Shown here piece by piece: positions 1 to 9,635 of a stretch of DNA of 64,000 nt. Numbering within the stretch: the stretch's first letter is position 1; each line of letters opens with the position of its first letter. The notes beneath the pieces were generated by a model, which was not told the DNA's origin, made no database searches, and saw only the letters and a list, made by a program, of their open reading frames with translations. The stretch comes from an uncultured Clostridia bacterium (lineage in GTDB: Bacteria; Bacillota; Clostridia; TANB77; CAG-508). Location: contig CANPFR010000006.1 of NCBI GenBank assembly GCA_947573445.1, positions 14,560-78,559 on the forward strand. Reading direction: 5' to 3'. The position numbers and the translations under genes are program-made.

Positions 1-242
1 TGTCGGGTGTGTATGTCATTTTTAATGGGGCATCAATTGGTGTAGCAATTGGAATTGCGATTTTAATTTATTCTGTGATGGATATTATCGAAGGAGTTAT
101 TTTCCTAAGAAATGTTGATTCAATTTTTTAAAAATGTAGAAACATGTTATAATTTGTAAATAAATTTCAAAAAACACTTGAATATTCTAAGTGGATTGTG
201 ATATACTCTTATTCGAGTAAAAAAAGAAAGGGAGAAGATAAA

Positions 243-1679
243 ATGAAAGTTTTAAGAAAAACAAAAATAGTAGGTACCATAGGACCAGCTAGTGAAAAAA
301 AATTAGAAACATTATTTGACACAGGATTAAATGTTTGTCGAATTAACTATTCTCATGGAAGTTATGATGAGCAACAAGAAAAAACAGAAGAAATTATTCG
401 TTTGAGAAAAGAATTAGATTTACCAATTGCAATGCTTCTTGATATGCAAGGTCCAGAAATCAGAACAGGAATGCTCGTAACTGGAAAAAATGAAAAAATC
501 CAATTAGAAGATGGCCAAAAATTCACCCTTGTATGTGGGGAAGATATTGTGGGTGATAAAACACAAGTTTCTGTATCTTATAAGGATTTATATAAAGATT
601 TAAAAGCAGGGGCAAAAGTTTTAATTGATGATGGAGCTATTGAACTAGTAGTAGACGCAATCAATGGAACCAATATTGAATGTACCGTAGTTCATGGAAA
701 TGGCTTAGGCAGTAGAAAAACAATGAATTTACCTGGTACAGCCATTCGTTTGCCAGCATTAAAACAAAAAGATATTGATGATTTAAAAACAGCTTGTGAC
801 CATGACTATGATTTTGTTGCAATTTCTTTTTGCAGAAATGTGGATGATATCAACCAAGTTAGAAAAGTATTAGATGAAAATGGTGGAACAGATATCAAAA
901 TCGTAACAAAAGTAGAAAATGTTGAAGGTTTAAGCAATATGGAAGAAATCGTAGAAAAAGCTGATGTCCAAATGATTGCACGTGGTGATATGGCAACAGA
1001 AACTGATTTTACAGAGCCACCAATCATGCAAAAGAAATTTATTAAGTTATGTAACAAAGCTAATAAATCAGCTATTACAGCAACACAAATGTTAGAATCG
1101 ATGACACATCAACCATTACCAACGAGAGCAGAAGCAAGTGATGTGGCTAATGCTGTATATGATCGAACAAGTGCTTTAATGCTTTCTGGTGAATGTGCGA
1201 TGGGAGAATATCCAGTAGAATGTGTGGCAACAATGGATAAAATTTCAAGAAGAATTGAAGGAACAATTGATTACTGGAAAAAATTTGAAGAAAACACAGA
1301 TATCAATTTAAAAGATTTAGAAGATAATATTGCTTATTCTGTTTGTGTGATTGCTAAAAATATGAAAGCAGATGCGATTGTTTGTTATACAAATTCAGGA
1401 GATACTGCTAGAAGATTAGCAGGTATGGGAGCTGGTTGCCCAATTTTAGCAATTACAGATAATAGAAGAACGTTTAATCAATTGGGAATTGTATGGAATG
1501 TTTTCCCAGTTTTAGTAGAAGGAAATGATGATAAAACAAAAGTAATCAAAGCAGGAATTGAAAAGTTGAAAGCCAAAGAAATTTTAGAAACAGGAGATTC
1601 TGTGATTGTTGCTGGAGGAAAAGACTTTATGGATGGCGTATCTGCAAGTAAACAAATTGGCGGATATGTAAAAATTTAA
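243..1679 (+). CDS. pyk: pyruvate kinase
   Basis: N-terminal MKVLRKTKIVGTIGPAS...MLDTKGPEIRTG-like motifs typical of pyruvate kinase across ~480 aa. ATG at 243 follows RBS AGGGAG. The ORF-track start at 198 is a GTG without an RBS. Confidence 0.9.
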   Translation: MKVLRKTKIVGTIGPASEKKLETLFDTGLNVCRINYSHGSYDEQQEKTEEIIRLRKELDLPIAMLLDMQGPEIRTGMLVTGKNEKIQLEDGQKFTLVCGEDIVGDKTQVSVSYKDLYKDLKAGAKVLIDDGAIELVVDAINGTNIECTVVHGNGLGSRKTMNLPGTAIRLPALKQKDIDDLKTACDHDYDFVAISFCRNVDDINQVRKVLDENGGTDIKIVTKVENVEGLSNMEEIVEKADVQMIARGDMATETDFTEPPIMQKKFIKLCNKANKSAITATQMLESMTHQPLPTRAEASDVANAVYDRTSALMLSGECAMGEYPVECVATMDKISRRIEGTIDYWKKFEENTDINLKDLEDNIAYSVCVIAKNMKADAIVCYTNSGDTARRLAGMGAGCPILAITDNRRTFNQLGIVWNVFPVLVEGNDDKTKVIKAGIEKLKAKEILETGDSVIVAGGKDFMDGVSASKQIGGYVKI

Positions 1680-1742
1680 GGAAATGATAGCGTTAGTTTG
1701 ATGCTAACGAGCAAAAGAAACTGTAAAAAACTAAAATATTGT

Positions 1743-1785
1743 GCGAGAAATTTTGAGTAATGTCCCAAATTTCTCGCATTTTTTT
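1743..1785. terminator. bidirectional rho-independent terminator between convergent pyk and J-domain gene
   Basis: Stem GCGAGAAATTT / AAATTTCTCGC with loop containing GTAATGTCC, followed by a T7 run. A homologous element occurs at 7166-7210. Confidence 0.55.
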
Positions 1786-1816
1786 GAGAAGATAGCGTTT
1801 TTTTACAGTCTCTTTT

Positions 1817-2479
1817 TTAATAGGAATTTTCCAATTCAAAAATCGTATTTTGGGAATCGGAAAAAGTAGTATTTTCATAGGTTTGAAGCAAGTCATATAA
1901 TAAATCATCAAGAGTTTTTAAGTCATTCTCTTCGTAAATGTCTGGGGGGGCAAAGGGAATGTTGGTAAAATCGGTATCATCGTATTTTTCAACTGTATTA
2001 GTGGTATTTAGCGTATTGGTGGAAGAATTGGTATTATTGCTGTTTAAGTAATATTTTACTTCAATTAAATTAATTAAAAATAAGGCTAAAAACAAAATGA
2101 TAATTAAAATAAAAGCTTGTAATTGCTTTTTTCTGTCAAGTTTATTAAATTTTTCAGCTAGCCATTTTGAAAAAGTCCATTTTTGTTCCCTATCTGGTGG
2201 AGGATTGGTTGGATCAGGTGAAGGGGAATGAGGCTCATAGGTTGTATAATACAAGTTTGATGTGACAGTTGGAGTTAAAAATTCGTCATATTCAGCTTTT
2301 TTTTCAGGATTTGACAAAATGGCATAAGCTTCATTAATTTCTTTTATTTTATGTTCTGCAAATTCCTTGTCGCCTCGATATAAATCAGGATGATATTGTT
2401 TTACCAAGGCTTTATAGGAACTTTTGATTTGTTGCTTAGAAGCATTTTTTTGTATTTTCAATATTTCATAGTAATTCAT
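1817..2479 (-). CDS. DnaJ (J-domain) membrane protein
   Basis: N-terminal J domain (YYEILKI...HPD tripeptide...[10 protein letters not shown]), then a Pro-rich linker, one hydrophobic TM segment and an Asn/Thr-rich tail. Confidence 0.7.
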   Translation of the reverse strand: MNYYEILKIQKNASKQQIKSSYKALVKQYHPDLYRGDKEFAEHKIKEINEAYAILSNPEKKAEYDEFLTPTVTSNLYYTTYEPHSPSPDPTNPPPDREQKWTFSKWLAEKFNKLDRKKQLQAFILIIILFLALFLINLIEVKYYLNSNNTNSSTNTLNTTNTVEKYDDTDFTNIPFAPPDIYEENDLKTLDDLLYDLLQTYENTTFSDSQNTIFELENSY

Positions 2480-2587
2480 AATTTTCTCCTACTTTTATTA
2501 TAAAATAAAATTTGCAAAATTTCAAGGAATATTGACGATTTTTGAGCACATGTGCCTAAAATCCATAAAATGGCGTTTTTTATGAGT

Positions 2588-2700
2588 AAGGAATGAAAAA
2601 TGATTCATTTTTAGAAAAGAATGCTGTAATGAACCTGTAAATCACTCTGGTGTACATAAAAACACAGGGTGTCAGGAAACAGTGTTGACATTTTATGTAA
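2588..2700. repeat. copy of intergenic repeat family (GAATGAAAAATSATTCATTTTT...ACATAAAAAYACA...)
   Basis: About 70% identical by eye to 15132-15235. Begins with the palindrome GAATGAAAAATGATTCATT. Confidence 0.45.
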
Positions 2701-2785
2701 ATTATGATACAATAAAAGTAAGAAATGGTTTGTTAGAAACTTTTTTATTAAAAATTCTATTTCCAAAAATTAAAGGAGGAAAATT

Positions 2786-3226
2786 ATGTTACGGATGCTG
2801 AAAAAAGTTTGGGGAAAGCTACTGTATATTTATTGGTCTGTACTGTTGTTTTGGTGGTGTGATTTAAGGACACCAATAGAAGTGTTAGGAGGATTTCTTG
2901 TAGCTTTTAGTGTTTACTTGGCTGCCAAGTTTTGTGAGCCATATTTAGATGCCTGGATAGAAAAATGGCTAGAAATTGGGATATCTTTTTGGGGCATAAA
3001 ACGTTCTCTTCGGCTTTTGCCAGGATATGCGGATGCAAGATATAAGGCGTACTTTTCACAAAATAGATTAGAAAAAGTAGCTTTGTATAATGAAAAAATA
3101 GGAAAAATACAAGAAATCGGAAATGCGTATTGCGAGGAATTATTAGCAAAGCGATTTCCACAATTTGTAAAAAAATGGATTTTACTGAAACAAGCTCAAA
3201 TTCAAAGCTATTCCGAACAAGATTAG
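2786..3226 (+). CDS. hypothetical membrane protein
   Basis: Strong RBS AAAGGAGGA 7 nt upstream of the ATG. Hydrophobic N-terminal half. No recognisable family. Confidence 0.4.
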   Translation: MLRMLKKVWGKLLYIYWSVLLFWWCDLRTPIEVLGGFLVAFSVYLAAKFCEPYLDAWIEKWLEIGISFWGIKRSLRLLPGYADARYKAYFSQNRLEKVALYNEKIGKIQEIGNAYCEELLAKRFPQFVKKWILLKQAQIQSYSEQD

Positions 3227-3321
3227 GAGCCCTTTGGGGCTCTTAATTTTTGGTCAAAAATACTTGACAAAGAAACGTATGTTTGATAAAATAATCCAAA
3301 TATCAAAAAGGGAGAATGAAA

Positions 3322-3786
3322 ATGATAGAAAAATTAAAAGATAAATATGTATTTTTTGATGTAGATGGAACATTGGCAGAATATCGTTATAATGACCATG
3401 TTAGTGGTAAAAATAATTGGGGAGGCCAAACCTGGGAAGAATTATTTTTTGGTAATGTGTTTGTCAATAATCGTCCCTTGAAGACAATGGTTAAATTAGT
3501 TGAAAAATTAAACCCAGAGAAAGTTTTTGTTTTAGGAGCGATTACCACGAATCACGAAATAGAAGAAAAATATGAATGGTTTGCAAAATATTATCCAACC
3601 ATCCCTAAAGAACACCTAATTTTTGTGGCTGACTCGTCTTTAAAAGTAATTGCCTTAGAAGAATATGCCAAAAAGCTAAAAATTGCTAAAGATGAAATCG
3701 TTTTTATTGATGATAAACATGCCACCATTCGTCAAACAGAAGAAGCAGGATTTAGATCTTATCATGTGACTTCTTTTATGGAGTAG
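3322..3786 (+). CDS. HAD-superfamily hydrolase (5'(3')-deoxyribonucleotidase-like)
   Basis: FFDVDGTLAEY motif I of HAD phosphatases. The second ATG (3322) has better RBS spacing than 3316. Confidence 0.55.
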   Translation: MIEKLKDKYVFFDVDGTLAEYRYNDHVSGKNNWGGQTWEELFFGNVFVNNRPLKTMVKLVEKLNPEKVFVLGAITTNHEIEEKYEWFAKYYPTIPKEHLIFVADSSLKVIALEEYAKKLKIAKDEIVFIDDKHATIRQTEEAGFRSYHVTSFME

Positions 3787-3823
3787 GTGGAGGAGAAAAA
3801 ATGAAAAAATCTTCCAAAATGAC

Positions 3824-3852
3824 TTGCATTTTCGAAAAAACTCTGATATAAT
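3824..3852 (+). promoter_or_regulatory. sigma-A type promoter for rpsB-tsf
   Basis: TTGCAT, 17-nt spacer, TATAAT, about 115 nt upstream of the rpsB ATG. Confidence 0.5.
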
Positions 3853-3969
3853 AACCACGTTAAAAACACACATAGTGTTAGCCAATCAAACGTGTGCTAT
3901 GAAAATAGTGTTTGAGAGCGTTAAAAAATGCTATGGAGGAAATAAACAAAAATAAGGAGGAATTAAAAA

Positions 3970-4743
3970 ATGGCAGTTGTTGCAATGAAACAATTATTAG
4001 AAGCAGGTGTTCATTTTGGACATCAAACAAGAAGATGGAATCCTAAAATGGCGGAATATATATTCCAAGCTAGAAATGGAATTCATATTATCGATTTACA
4101 AAAAACATCAAAAAAATTAGATGAGGCATATAGCTTTGTAAAAGAGCAAGCCGAAGAAGGGAAAAATGTTCTTTTTGTAGGAACAAAAAAACAAGCTCAA
4201 GAATGCATCAAAGAAGCAGCAATCAGATGTAATATGTACTATGTAGACCAAAGATGGTTAGGTGGTATGCTTACAAACTTCAAAACAATTCAAGGAAGAA
4301 TCAATCGTTTAAAAGAATTAGAAGCAATGAGCGAAGATGGTACATTTGATGTATTACCAAAAAAAGAAGTGATTGGATTAAGACATGAAATGGAAAAATT
4401 AGAAAATAATCTTGGTGGTATCAAAGAAATGAATGAAATGCCAGGTGTTATGTTTGTTGTTGATCCAAAAAAAGAATATAATGCAATCAAAGAAGCAAGA
4501 AAATTAGGAATCAAAGTAGTTGGGTTAGTTGATACAAATTGTAGCCCAGAAGATGTAGATTATCCAATTCCAGGAAATGATGATGCTATAAGGGCAGTCA
4601 AATTAATTGCAGATGTTATGGCAAATGCAGTCATTGAAGGAAGACAAGGAGAAGATGCTATTGTTCCATTGAACGAAAACGAAGAAGAATCCCAAGAAGA
4701 AGTTACAGATATGGAACAAGTTGTAGAAAGCAGTGAAGAATAA
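3970..4743 (+). CDS. rpsB: 30S ribosomal protein S2
   Basis: [27 protein letters not shown] is a canonical S2 N-terminus. RBS AAGGAGGA. Confidence 0.95.
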   Translation: MAVVAMKQLLEAGVHFGHQTRRWNPKMAEYIFQARNGIHIIDLQKTSKKLDEAYSFVKEQAEEGKNVLFVGTKKQAQECIKEAAIRCNMYYVDQRWLGGMLTNFKTIQGRINRLKELEAMSEDGTFDVLPKKEVIGLRHEMEKLENNLGGIKEMNEMPGVMFVVDPKKEYNAIKEARKLGIKVVGLVDTNCSPEDVDYPIPGNDDAIRAVKLIADVMANAVIEGRQGEDAIVPLNENEEESQEEVTDMEQVVESSEE

Positions 4744-4837
4744 ATAAAAAAAGAGGGGGAGGTCTTGACCACCCCTTGATTCACACAAAATTCATGTAAA
4801 AAGTGAAGATAAAAAAGAAACAAGGAGGAAAATCAAA

Positions 4838-5713
4838 ATGATAAGTGCAAGTTTAGTGAAAGAATTAAGAGAGAAAACAGGTGCTGGAATGATGGAGTGT
4901 AAAAAAGTCCTAACAGAAACCGATGGAGATATGGAAAAAGCAGCTGAGTTATTACGTAAAAGAGGGATTACTAAAGCCGCCAAAAAATCAGGAAGGGTTG
5001 CGGCAGAAGGCTTAGTTATGGTTTATGTATCAGATGATAATAAAGTAGGAAGCATTATTGAAGTAAATGCAGAAACGGATTTTGTAGCGAAAAACGAAGA
5101 ATTTAGAGAATTTGTAAAAACGGTTGCTAAAATAGTAGCAGATACAAATCCTGCTGATGTAGAAGCGTTATTAAATATGAAATATACTGATTCAAGCAAA
5201 ACAGTAAGCGAAGTTTTAACAGACAAAATTGCTACGATTGGTGAACATATGTCAATCAGAAGATTCGAAAGATATGAAGGAACAGGATTAATAGAAGGTT
5301 ACATTCATGGTGATGGAAGAATTGCAGTATTAGTTGATTTTGAAGAAGGTGATTCAGTATTAGCCAAAGATATTTGTATGCAAATTACGGCAGCTAATCC
5401 AGAATATTTAGAAAGAAGTCAAGTGCCAGAAGAAAGAACTAAAAAAGAAATGGAAATTTTAAAAGAACAAGCAATGAATGAAGGAAAACCAGCTGAAATC
5501 GCAGAAAAAATGGTACAAGGAAGAATTGGAAAATTCTATTCTGAAATATGTTTGCTTGACCAAGCTTTTGTCAAAGATTCTAATGTAAAAGTAGGCGACT
5601 TGATTACGAGCAAGAAAGCAAAATTAAATCGTTTTGTTCGTTTTGAAAAAGGGGAAGGCATTGAAAAAGCAGAAGAAAACTTTGCAGAAGAAGTTATGAA
5701 ACAATTACAATAA
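4838..5713 (+). CDS. tsf: elongation factor Ts
   Basis: MISASLVKELREKTGAGMMECKKVL is the canonical EF-Ts UBA-like N-terminus. The gene is immediately downstream of rpsB. Confidence 0.95.
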   Translation: MISASLVKELREKTGAGMMECKKVLTETDGDMEKAAELLRKRGITKAAKKSGRVAAEGLVMVYVSDDNKVGSIIEVNAETDFVAKNEEFREFVKTVAKIVADTNPADVEALLNMKYTDSSKTVSEVLTDKIATIGEHMSIRRFERYEGTGLIEGYIHGDGRIAVLVDFEEGDSVLAKDICMQITAANPEYLERSQVPEERTKKEMEILKEQAMNEGKPAEIAEKMVQGRIGKFYSEICLLDQAFVKDSNVKVGDLITSKKAKLNRFVRFEKGEGIEKAEENFAEEVMKQLQ

Positions 5714-5736
5714 TAAAACAAAAAATAGAAAATAAG

Positions 5737-5780
5737 AACAGGAAGGGACTTCTTGAAAGATGTTACCTTCCTGTTTTAAA
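5737..5780 (+). terminator. rho-independent terminator after tsf
   Basis: Stem AACAGGAAGG / CCTTCCTGTT followed by TTTT. Confidence 0.5.
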
Positions 5781-5797
5781 ATCGAAGAAGGAAGAAA

Positions 5798-6535
5798 ATG
5801 AGAAATATCAAATTAACCATCGAATATCATGGGAAAGGATTTAATGGTTGGCAAAAACAACCAAATCAGTTAAATATTCAAGGCGAAATTGAAAGGGCGA
5901 TTAGCTTAATCACAGGAGAGAAAATCGAATTGATTGGATCTGGTAGAACAGATGCAGGTGTCCACAGCTTAGGGCAAGTTGCTAATTTTAAGACGAATTG
6001 TGAAATTCCAATTGAGAAGTTTGCTCTTGCCATTAATTCAAAATTGAAAAAAAGTATTCGCATCAAAATGGCAGAAGAAGTGGAAGAACGTTTTCATAGT
6101 CGTTATTTTGCACATAGCAAGAAATATCGTTATGTGATTAATCATTCATCAACTGGTACAGCGATTTATCGCGAGTTAGAATATCAATTTCCATTTGCTT
6201 TAGATATTCAGAAAATGCAAGAGGCTGCGAAATATTTTGAAGGAGAGCATGATTTTGCAGGATTTAAAGCAAGTGGGACAAGTAGTAAAAATAGTGTCAG
6301 AAAAATATTCAAAGCAGAAGTTTTTCAAAAAGGAGAAAGAATTTTTATCGAATTAACAGGAAGTGGTTTTTTATATAATATGGTGAGGATTATTGCGGGG
6401 ACGTTGTTAGAGGTCGGAATGGGAAAGATTTTACCAGAAGAAATTCCTGCCATAATAGCAAGCAAAGATCGAAAAAGAGCTGGAAAAACTTTGCCAGCAG
6501 TTGGATTATACTTAGTGGAAGTATTTTATTCTTAA
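5798..6535 (+). CDS. truA: tRNA pseudouridine(38-40) synthase
   Basis: MRNIKLTIEYHGKGFNGWQKQ...GRTDAGVHS is a TruA signature including the catalytic Asp context. Confidence 0.9.
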   Translation: MRNIKLTIEYHGKGFNGWQKQPNQLNIQGEIERAISLITGEKIELIGSGRTDAGVHSLGQVANFKTNCEIPIEKFALAINSKLKKSIRIKMAEEVEERFHSRYFAHSKKYRYVINHSSTGTAIYRELEYQFPFALDIQKMQEAAKYFEGEHDFAGFKASGTSSKNSVRKIFKAEVFQKGERIFIELTGSGFLYNMVRIIAGTLLEVGMGKILPEEIPAIIASKDRKRAGKTLPAVGLYLVEVFYS

Positions 6536-6580
6536 AATATTGTTTCTAAAATCACCAAAAATGAAGAAGAGGAATACTAT

Positions 6581-7132
6581 ATGGTAAAAGGATTAATAAA
6601 TTTAAGGGGGAAATGGTATATGACTGATTTATTAATTGCTTTTGTCATTCCAATTCTGGTAGCAATTGTGGCTGCTATTTTGCAAACGTTGCTAAATTGT
6701 CCATTTAAAGTGGCGGGAATTGTATTTGTAATTGCGATTATAGTGGCATTGGTATTAGGTGGTTCTTTAATTCTAATTGCTTTAGCATGGGTTTATACAT
6801 TACTTGCATTTATTGTAGCATTTATCATCTGTAAATTTTTTAAGTGGGAATGTAAAAATAATAATTGTATGTGTTGTAGCAATACCAACAATACCAATAA
6901 CACGGCTAATGGAAATACGGGTAATAATAATGTAGGGAATAATAATTCTGGTAATAACAATACAGGAAATAACAATTCTGGCAATAATAATATTGGTAAC
7001 AATAATAGTGGCAATAATAATACAGGTAATAATAATGCAGGTAACAATAATTCTGGTAATAATAATGGAAACAATAACAATAACAACAACAATAATAACA
7101 ATAACCACTGTTGCAGATGTTGGAGAAGATAA
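6581..7132 (+). CDS. membrane protein with Cys cluster and Asn-rich (G-N-N-N-x) tandem repeat tail
   Basis: Two N-terminal hydrophobic helices, then CKNNNCMCCS, then about ten 5-aa NTGNN/NSGNN repeats and a poly-Asn run, ending in HCCRCWRR. An alternative start ATG at 6620 has RBS GGGGG. Confidence 0.5.
   Translation: MVKGLINLRGKWYMTDLLIAFVIPILVAIVAAILQTLLNCPFKVAGIVFVIAIIVALVLGGSLILIALAWVYTLLAFIVAFIICKFFKWECKNNNCMCCSNTNNTNNTANGNTGNNNVGNNNSGNNNTGNNNSGNNNIGNNNSGNNNTGNNNAGNNNSGNNNGNNNNNNNNNNNNHCCRCWRR
6919..7105 (+). repeat. 15-bp coding tandem repeat (ggtaataataatNNN) plus (aat/aac)n tract
   Basis: Directly visible periodicity in the DNA. It encodes the Asn-rich tail of the 6581-7132 ORF. The antisense ORFs 6793-7204 are artefacts of this repeat. 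Confidence 0.8.
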
Positions 7133-7165
7133 AAGAGGGGGCTTTTTGAAACAAACTCCATATTG

Positions 7166-7210
7166 TTGCGAGCGAAATTTGGGTAATGTCCAAATTTCGC
7201 TCATTTTTCT
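7166..7210 (+). terminator. rho-independent terminator, homologous to the element at 1743-1785
   Basis: Stem GCGAGCGAAATTTGG / CCAAATTTCGCTC with loop GTAATGT, followed by a T-run. Confidence 0.55.
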
Positions 7211-7244
7211 GAGGAAAAATAGTTTTTTAAATGACTCTTTTTTT

Positions 7245-7273
7245 GCATAAAAATCCCATTAATTGCCACAATA
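7245..7273 (+). promoter_or_regulatory. possible forespore sigma (sigF/sigG-type) promoter upstream of gpr
   Basis: GCATA, 17 nt, CACAATA resembles the -35 GnATA / -10 CAnnnTA pattern of sigG/sigF promoters. gpr is sigF/sigG-dependent in Bacillus. Confidence 0.3.
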
Positions 7274-7293
7274 TTTATGAGGTGATTTGATAA

Positions 7294-8226
7294 ATGATGG
7301 ATTTTAGAACAGACATGGCAGTCGAAAGACGTGATTTGTATCGAAAGGCAAATCATATTGAAAATGAAGTTGATGGTGTAGAATGTGAAGAAGAAGAGTT
7401 AGATGACATCAAAATTACACGTGTAAAAATAAGCAATCAGCAAGGAGAGCAAGCTTTACAAAAACCGATTGGGAATTATATTACGATTGATGTCAAAAAA
7501 ATTAATAATATTGCGACTGAAAAAGAAGACCAAATTGTAGAGGTGATTGCAAAGGAATTAGCAGCAATTGTTGACAAACATATTAAGAAACAAGAAGAAA
7601 TCATGATTGTGGGACTTGGAAATTTATATTCTACTCCAGATAGTCTTGGATCTCGTGTGGTCAATGAAGTAGAGATTACAAGACATATTAAGATTTATTT
7701 GCCACAATATATTGATGAAAATACAAGAAGTATTTCTGCGATTTCTCCTGGTGTGCTTGGTACAACTGGAATTGAAAGTGCAGAAATTATCCGAGGTATT
7801 GTTGATAAAGTCAAACCTAAAATGATTCTTGCAATTGATAGTTTGTGTTCCAAAAATGTGAGCCGAATCAATAAATCAATTCAAATTTCTGATACAGGAA
7901 TTGTGCCAGGTGGTGGTGTTGGAAATGCACGTGATGAATTATCGGAGAAAACTCTTGGGATTCCAGTTGTTGCGTTGGGTGTGCCAACAGTTGTAGAAAT
8001 GGCTTCAATCACAAATGATTGTTTAGATTTATTTATTGAAGATTTGCAAAAAAAAGCAGAATCAAATGATGTGTTAAACAAATTAAAAGATGAAGACAAT
8101 TATCAAAGAATCAAAGAGGCCTTGATTCCAAATGATTATAATTTTATTGTAACACCAAAAGAAATTGACGAATTAATTGATGCTATGAAAGATATGATTG
8201 CCAGAGGTATTAACGAGGCTTTGTAG
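7294..8226 (+). CDS. gpr: germination protease (spore endopeptidase Gpr)
   Basis: MMDFRTDMAVERRDL...GLGNLYSTPDSLGSRV matches the conserved GPR N-terminal RTDLAVE region and GLGN motif. Confidence 0.85.
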   Translation: MMDFRTDMAVERRDLYRKANHIENEVDGVECEEEELDDIKITRVKISNQQGEQALQKPIGNYITIDVKKINNIATEKEDQIVEVIAKELAAIVDKHIKKQEEIMIVGLGNLYSTPDSLGSRVVNEVEITRHIKIYLPQYIDENTRSISAISPGVLGTTGIESAEIIRGIVDKVKPKMILAIDSLCSKNVSRINKSIQISDTGIVPGGGVGNARDELSEKTLGIPVVALGVPTVVEMASITNDCLDLFIEDLQKKAESNDVLNKLKDEDNYQRIKEALIPNDYNFIVTPKEIDELIDAMKDMIARGINEAL

Positions 8227-8285
8227 GTAGAAAATGTCACACAAGAATTTTTTCTCTTGTGTGACTAACACCCATTTTTACTAAA

Positions 8286-8822
8286 ATGAATATGATACTA
8301 TATATTTCTGAAAATAAGGGAGGCTCCAAAGTGAAATCAATTTGCATAAAAACCAATAATCAAGAAATGATTGAGTACTTAATTACTACATTTGAAAAAT
8401 TGCCAGTCAATTTTTGTATTTCGAATTATCGATTTAAAATCTATGATAATATTATTCTGCATGATGTAGAACGAAATGAAAATGAATTTTATGAGATTGT
8501 TGCCATTGTTTTGAAAAGTGCAATCGAGAGATTTTATGAAAAAGAAATGATTCGAAAATGCATCAAACAAAATTATTTTTATTTAAACGAGATGGAACAA
8601 AAATATGTTTTAAAAATCAGTAATCAAATTATGAATTTGCCAGATAATAAAATTGGTTACAAAAATAAGCTTTTAAAGAATCTGGTAAAACAATACATCA
8701 CAGATAACAAATCAATTGTGATGGATGGATTTGTAAATTTTAGAACCAAGTCATACAAAGATTTATTAGACAATATTGTCGAAGTATCTGTTGTGAGTTT
8801 TTTAGAATTGACCTCTTTTTAA
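8286..8822 (+). CDS. hypothetical protein (possibly YtxC-like sporulation protein)
   Basis: Position directly after gpr and a vague resemblance to the YtxC-like family. No solid motif. Confidence 0.35.
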   Translation: MNMILYISENKGGSKVKSICIKTNNQEMIEYLITTFEKLPVNFCISNYRFKIYDNIILHDVERNENEFYEIVAIVLKSAIERFYEKEMIRKCIKQNYFYLNEMEQKYVLKISNQIMNLPDNKIGYKNKLLKNLVKQYITDNKSIVMDGFVNFRTKSYKDLLDNIVEVSVVSFLELTSF

Positions 8823-8861
8823 AAATACTTTCCAAAGACCTAATTTATATGTTATAATAAA

Positions 8862-9564
8862 TTGGTTAGGAGTGTTTTGAAAATGTCAATTTTTATCATT
8901 AAAATAATAGCTTGCATAACAATGGTATTGGATCATATTAAATATGCTATTCCGGAAACTCACTGTTTTGCAACTCAATATTTGGGCAGAATCGCTTTTC
9001 CGTTGTTCGCTTTTTTAGTGCGGGGAAGGTTACAGCCATACCAGTAATTTAAAAAAATATGCTAAAAGATTAATGGTATTTGCCATTTTCTCACAAGTAC
9101 CATTCATGTTATTTCGAACTCTTGTTGGAGAATGGCGTATGCTCAATATTTTATGGACTTTATTGTTGGGATTATTGGCTATTGTAGTATGGGATAAATT
9201 GGGAAAAAGGTATGATTGCTCAATTCCATTGGTTATTCTAATTTGTTTGCTTGGAAAATATCTGCAAGTAGATTATGGTTGGTATGGTGTTTTGTGTGTG
9301 TTTGTCTTATATTTATTCCGTGAAAAAGGAATGCTTAGAATTGTGGCATTCAGTATTTTGAACGGAATTTATTATTATCCAAGATTATTAACAGATGATT
9401 CGACAAGTAGTTTGGTTTCCTACATTTGTGCAACTATTCCAGCTGTTTTGTTGCTTTTTTACAATGGGAAATTAGGAAGAAAAACCAAATATTGGTATTA
9501 TCTCTTTTATCCAATTCATATGATTCTATTTTATGGAATCTATAGAGTAATCTATTTGTTGTAG
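8862..9564 (+). pseudogene. TraX family membrane protein, interrupted by +1 frame break near 9021
   Basis: The N-terminal part (ACITMVLDHIKY...AFPLFAFLV) continues in the +1 frame as EGYSHTSNLKKYAKRLMVFAI..., typical of TraX proteins. The break lies within 9019-9047 and contains CGGGG. Confidence 0.6.
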
Positions 9565-9635
9565 AAATAAAAAAATACTTGAGAAATTTTAAAGAATGTG
9601 TTAAGATGAAAAGGAATAGTGAAAAGGAGGAAAAA

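Noticed and set aside
3791-3841. 16-codon ORF (MKKSSKMTCIFEKTLI) with RBS upstream of rpsB, possible leader peptide
   Set aside because: It overlaps the predicted rpsB promoter -35/-10 (3824-3852), so it is unlikely to be translated from the same transcript. Probably fortuitous.
6793-7204. Three long antisense ORFs (122, 134 and 95 aa) rich in L, I or Y/C
   Set aside because: They are reading-frame artefacts of the 15-bp AAT-rich tandem repeat on the opposite strand. No RBS or start context.
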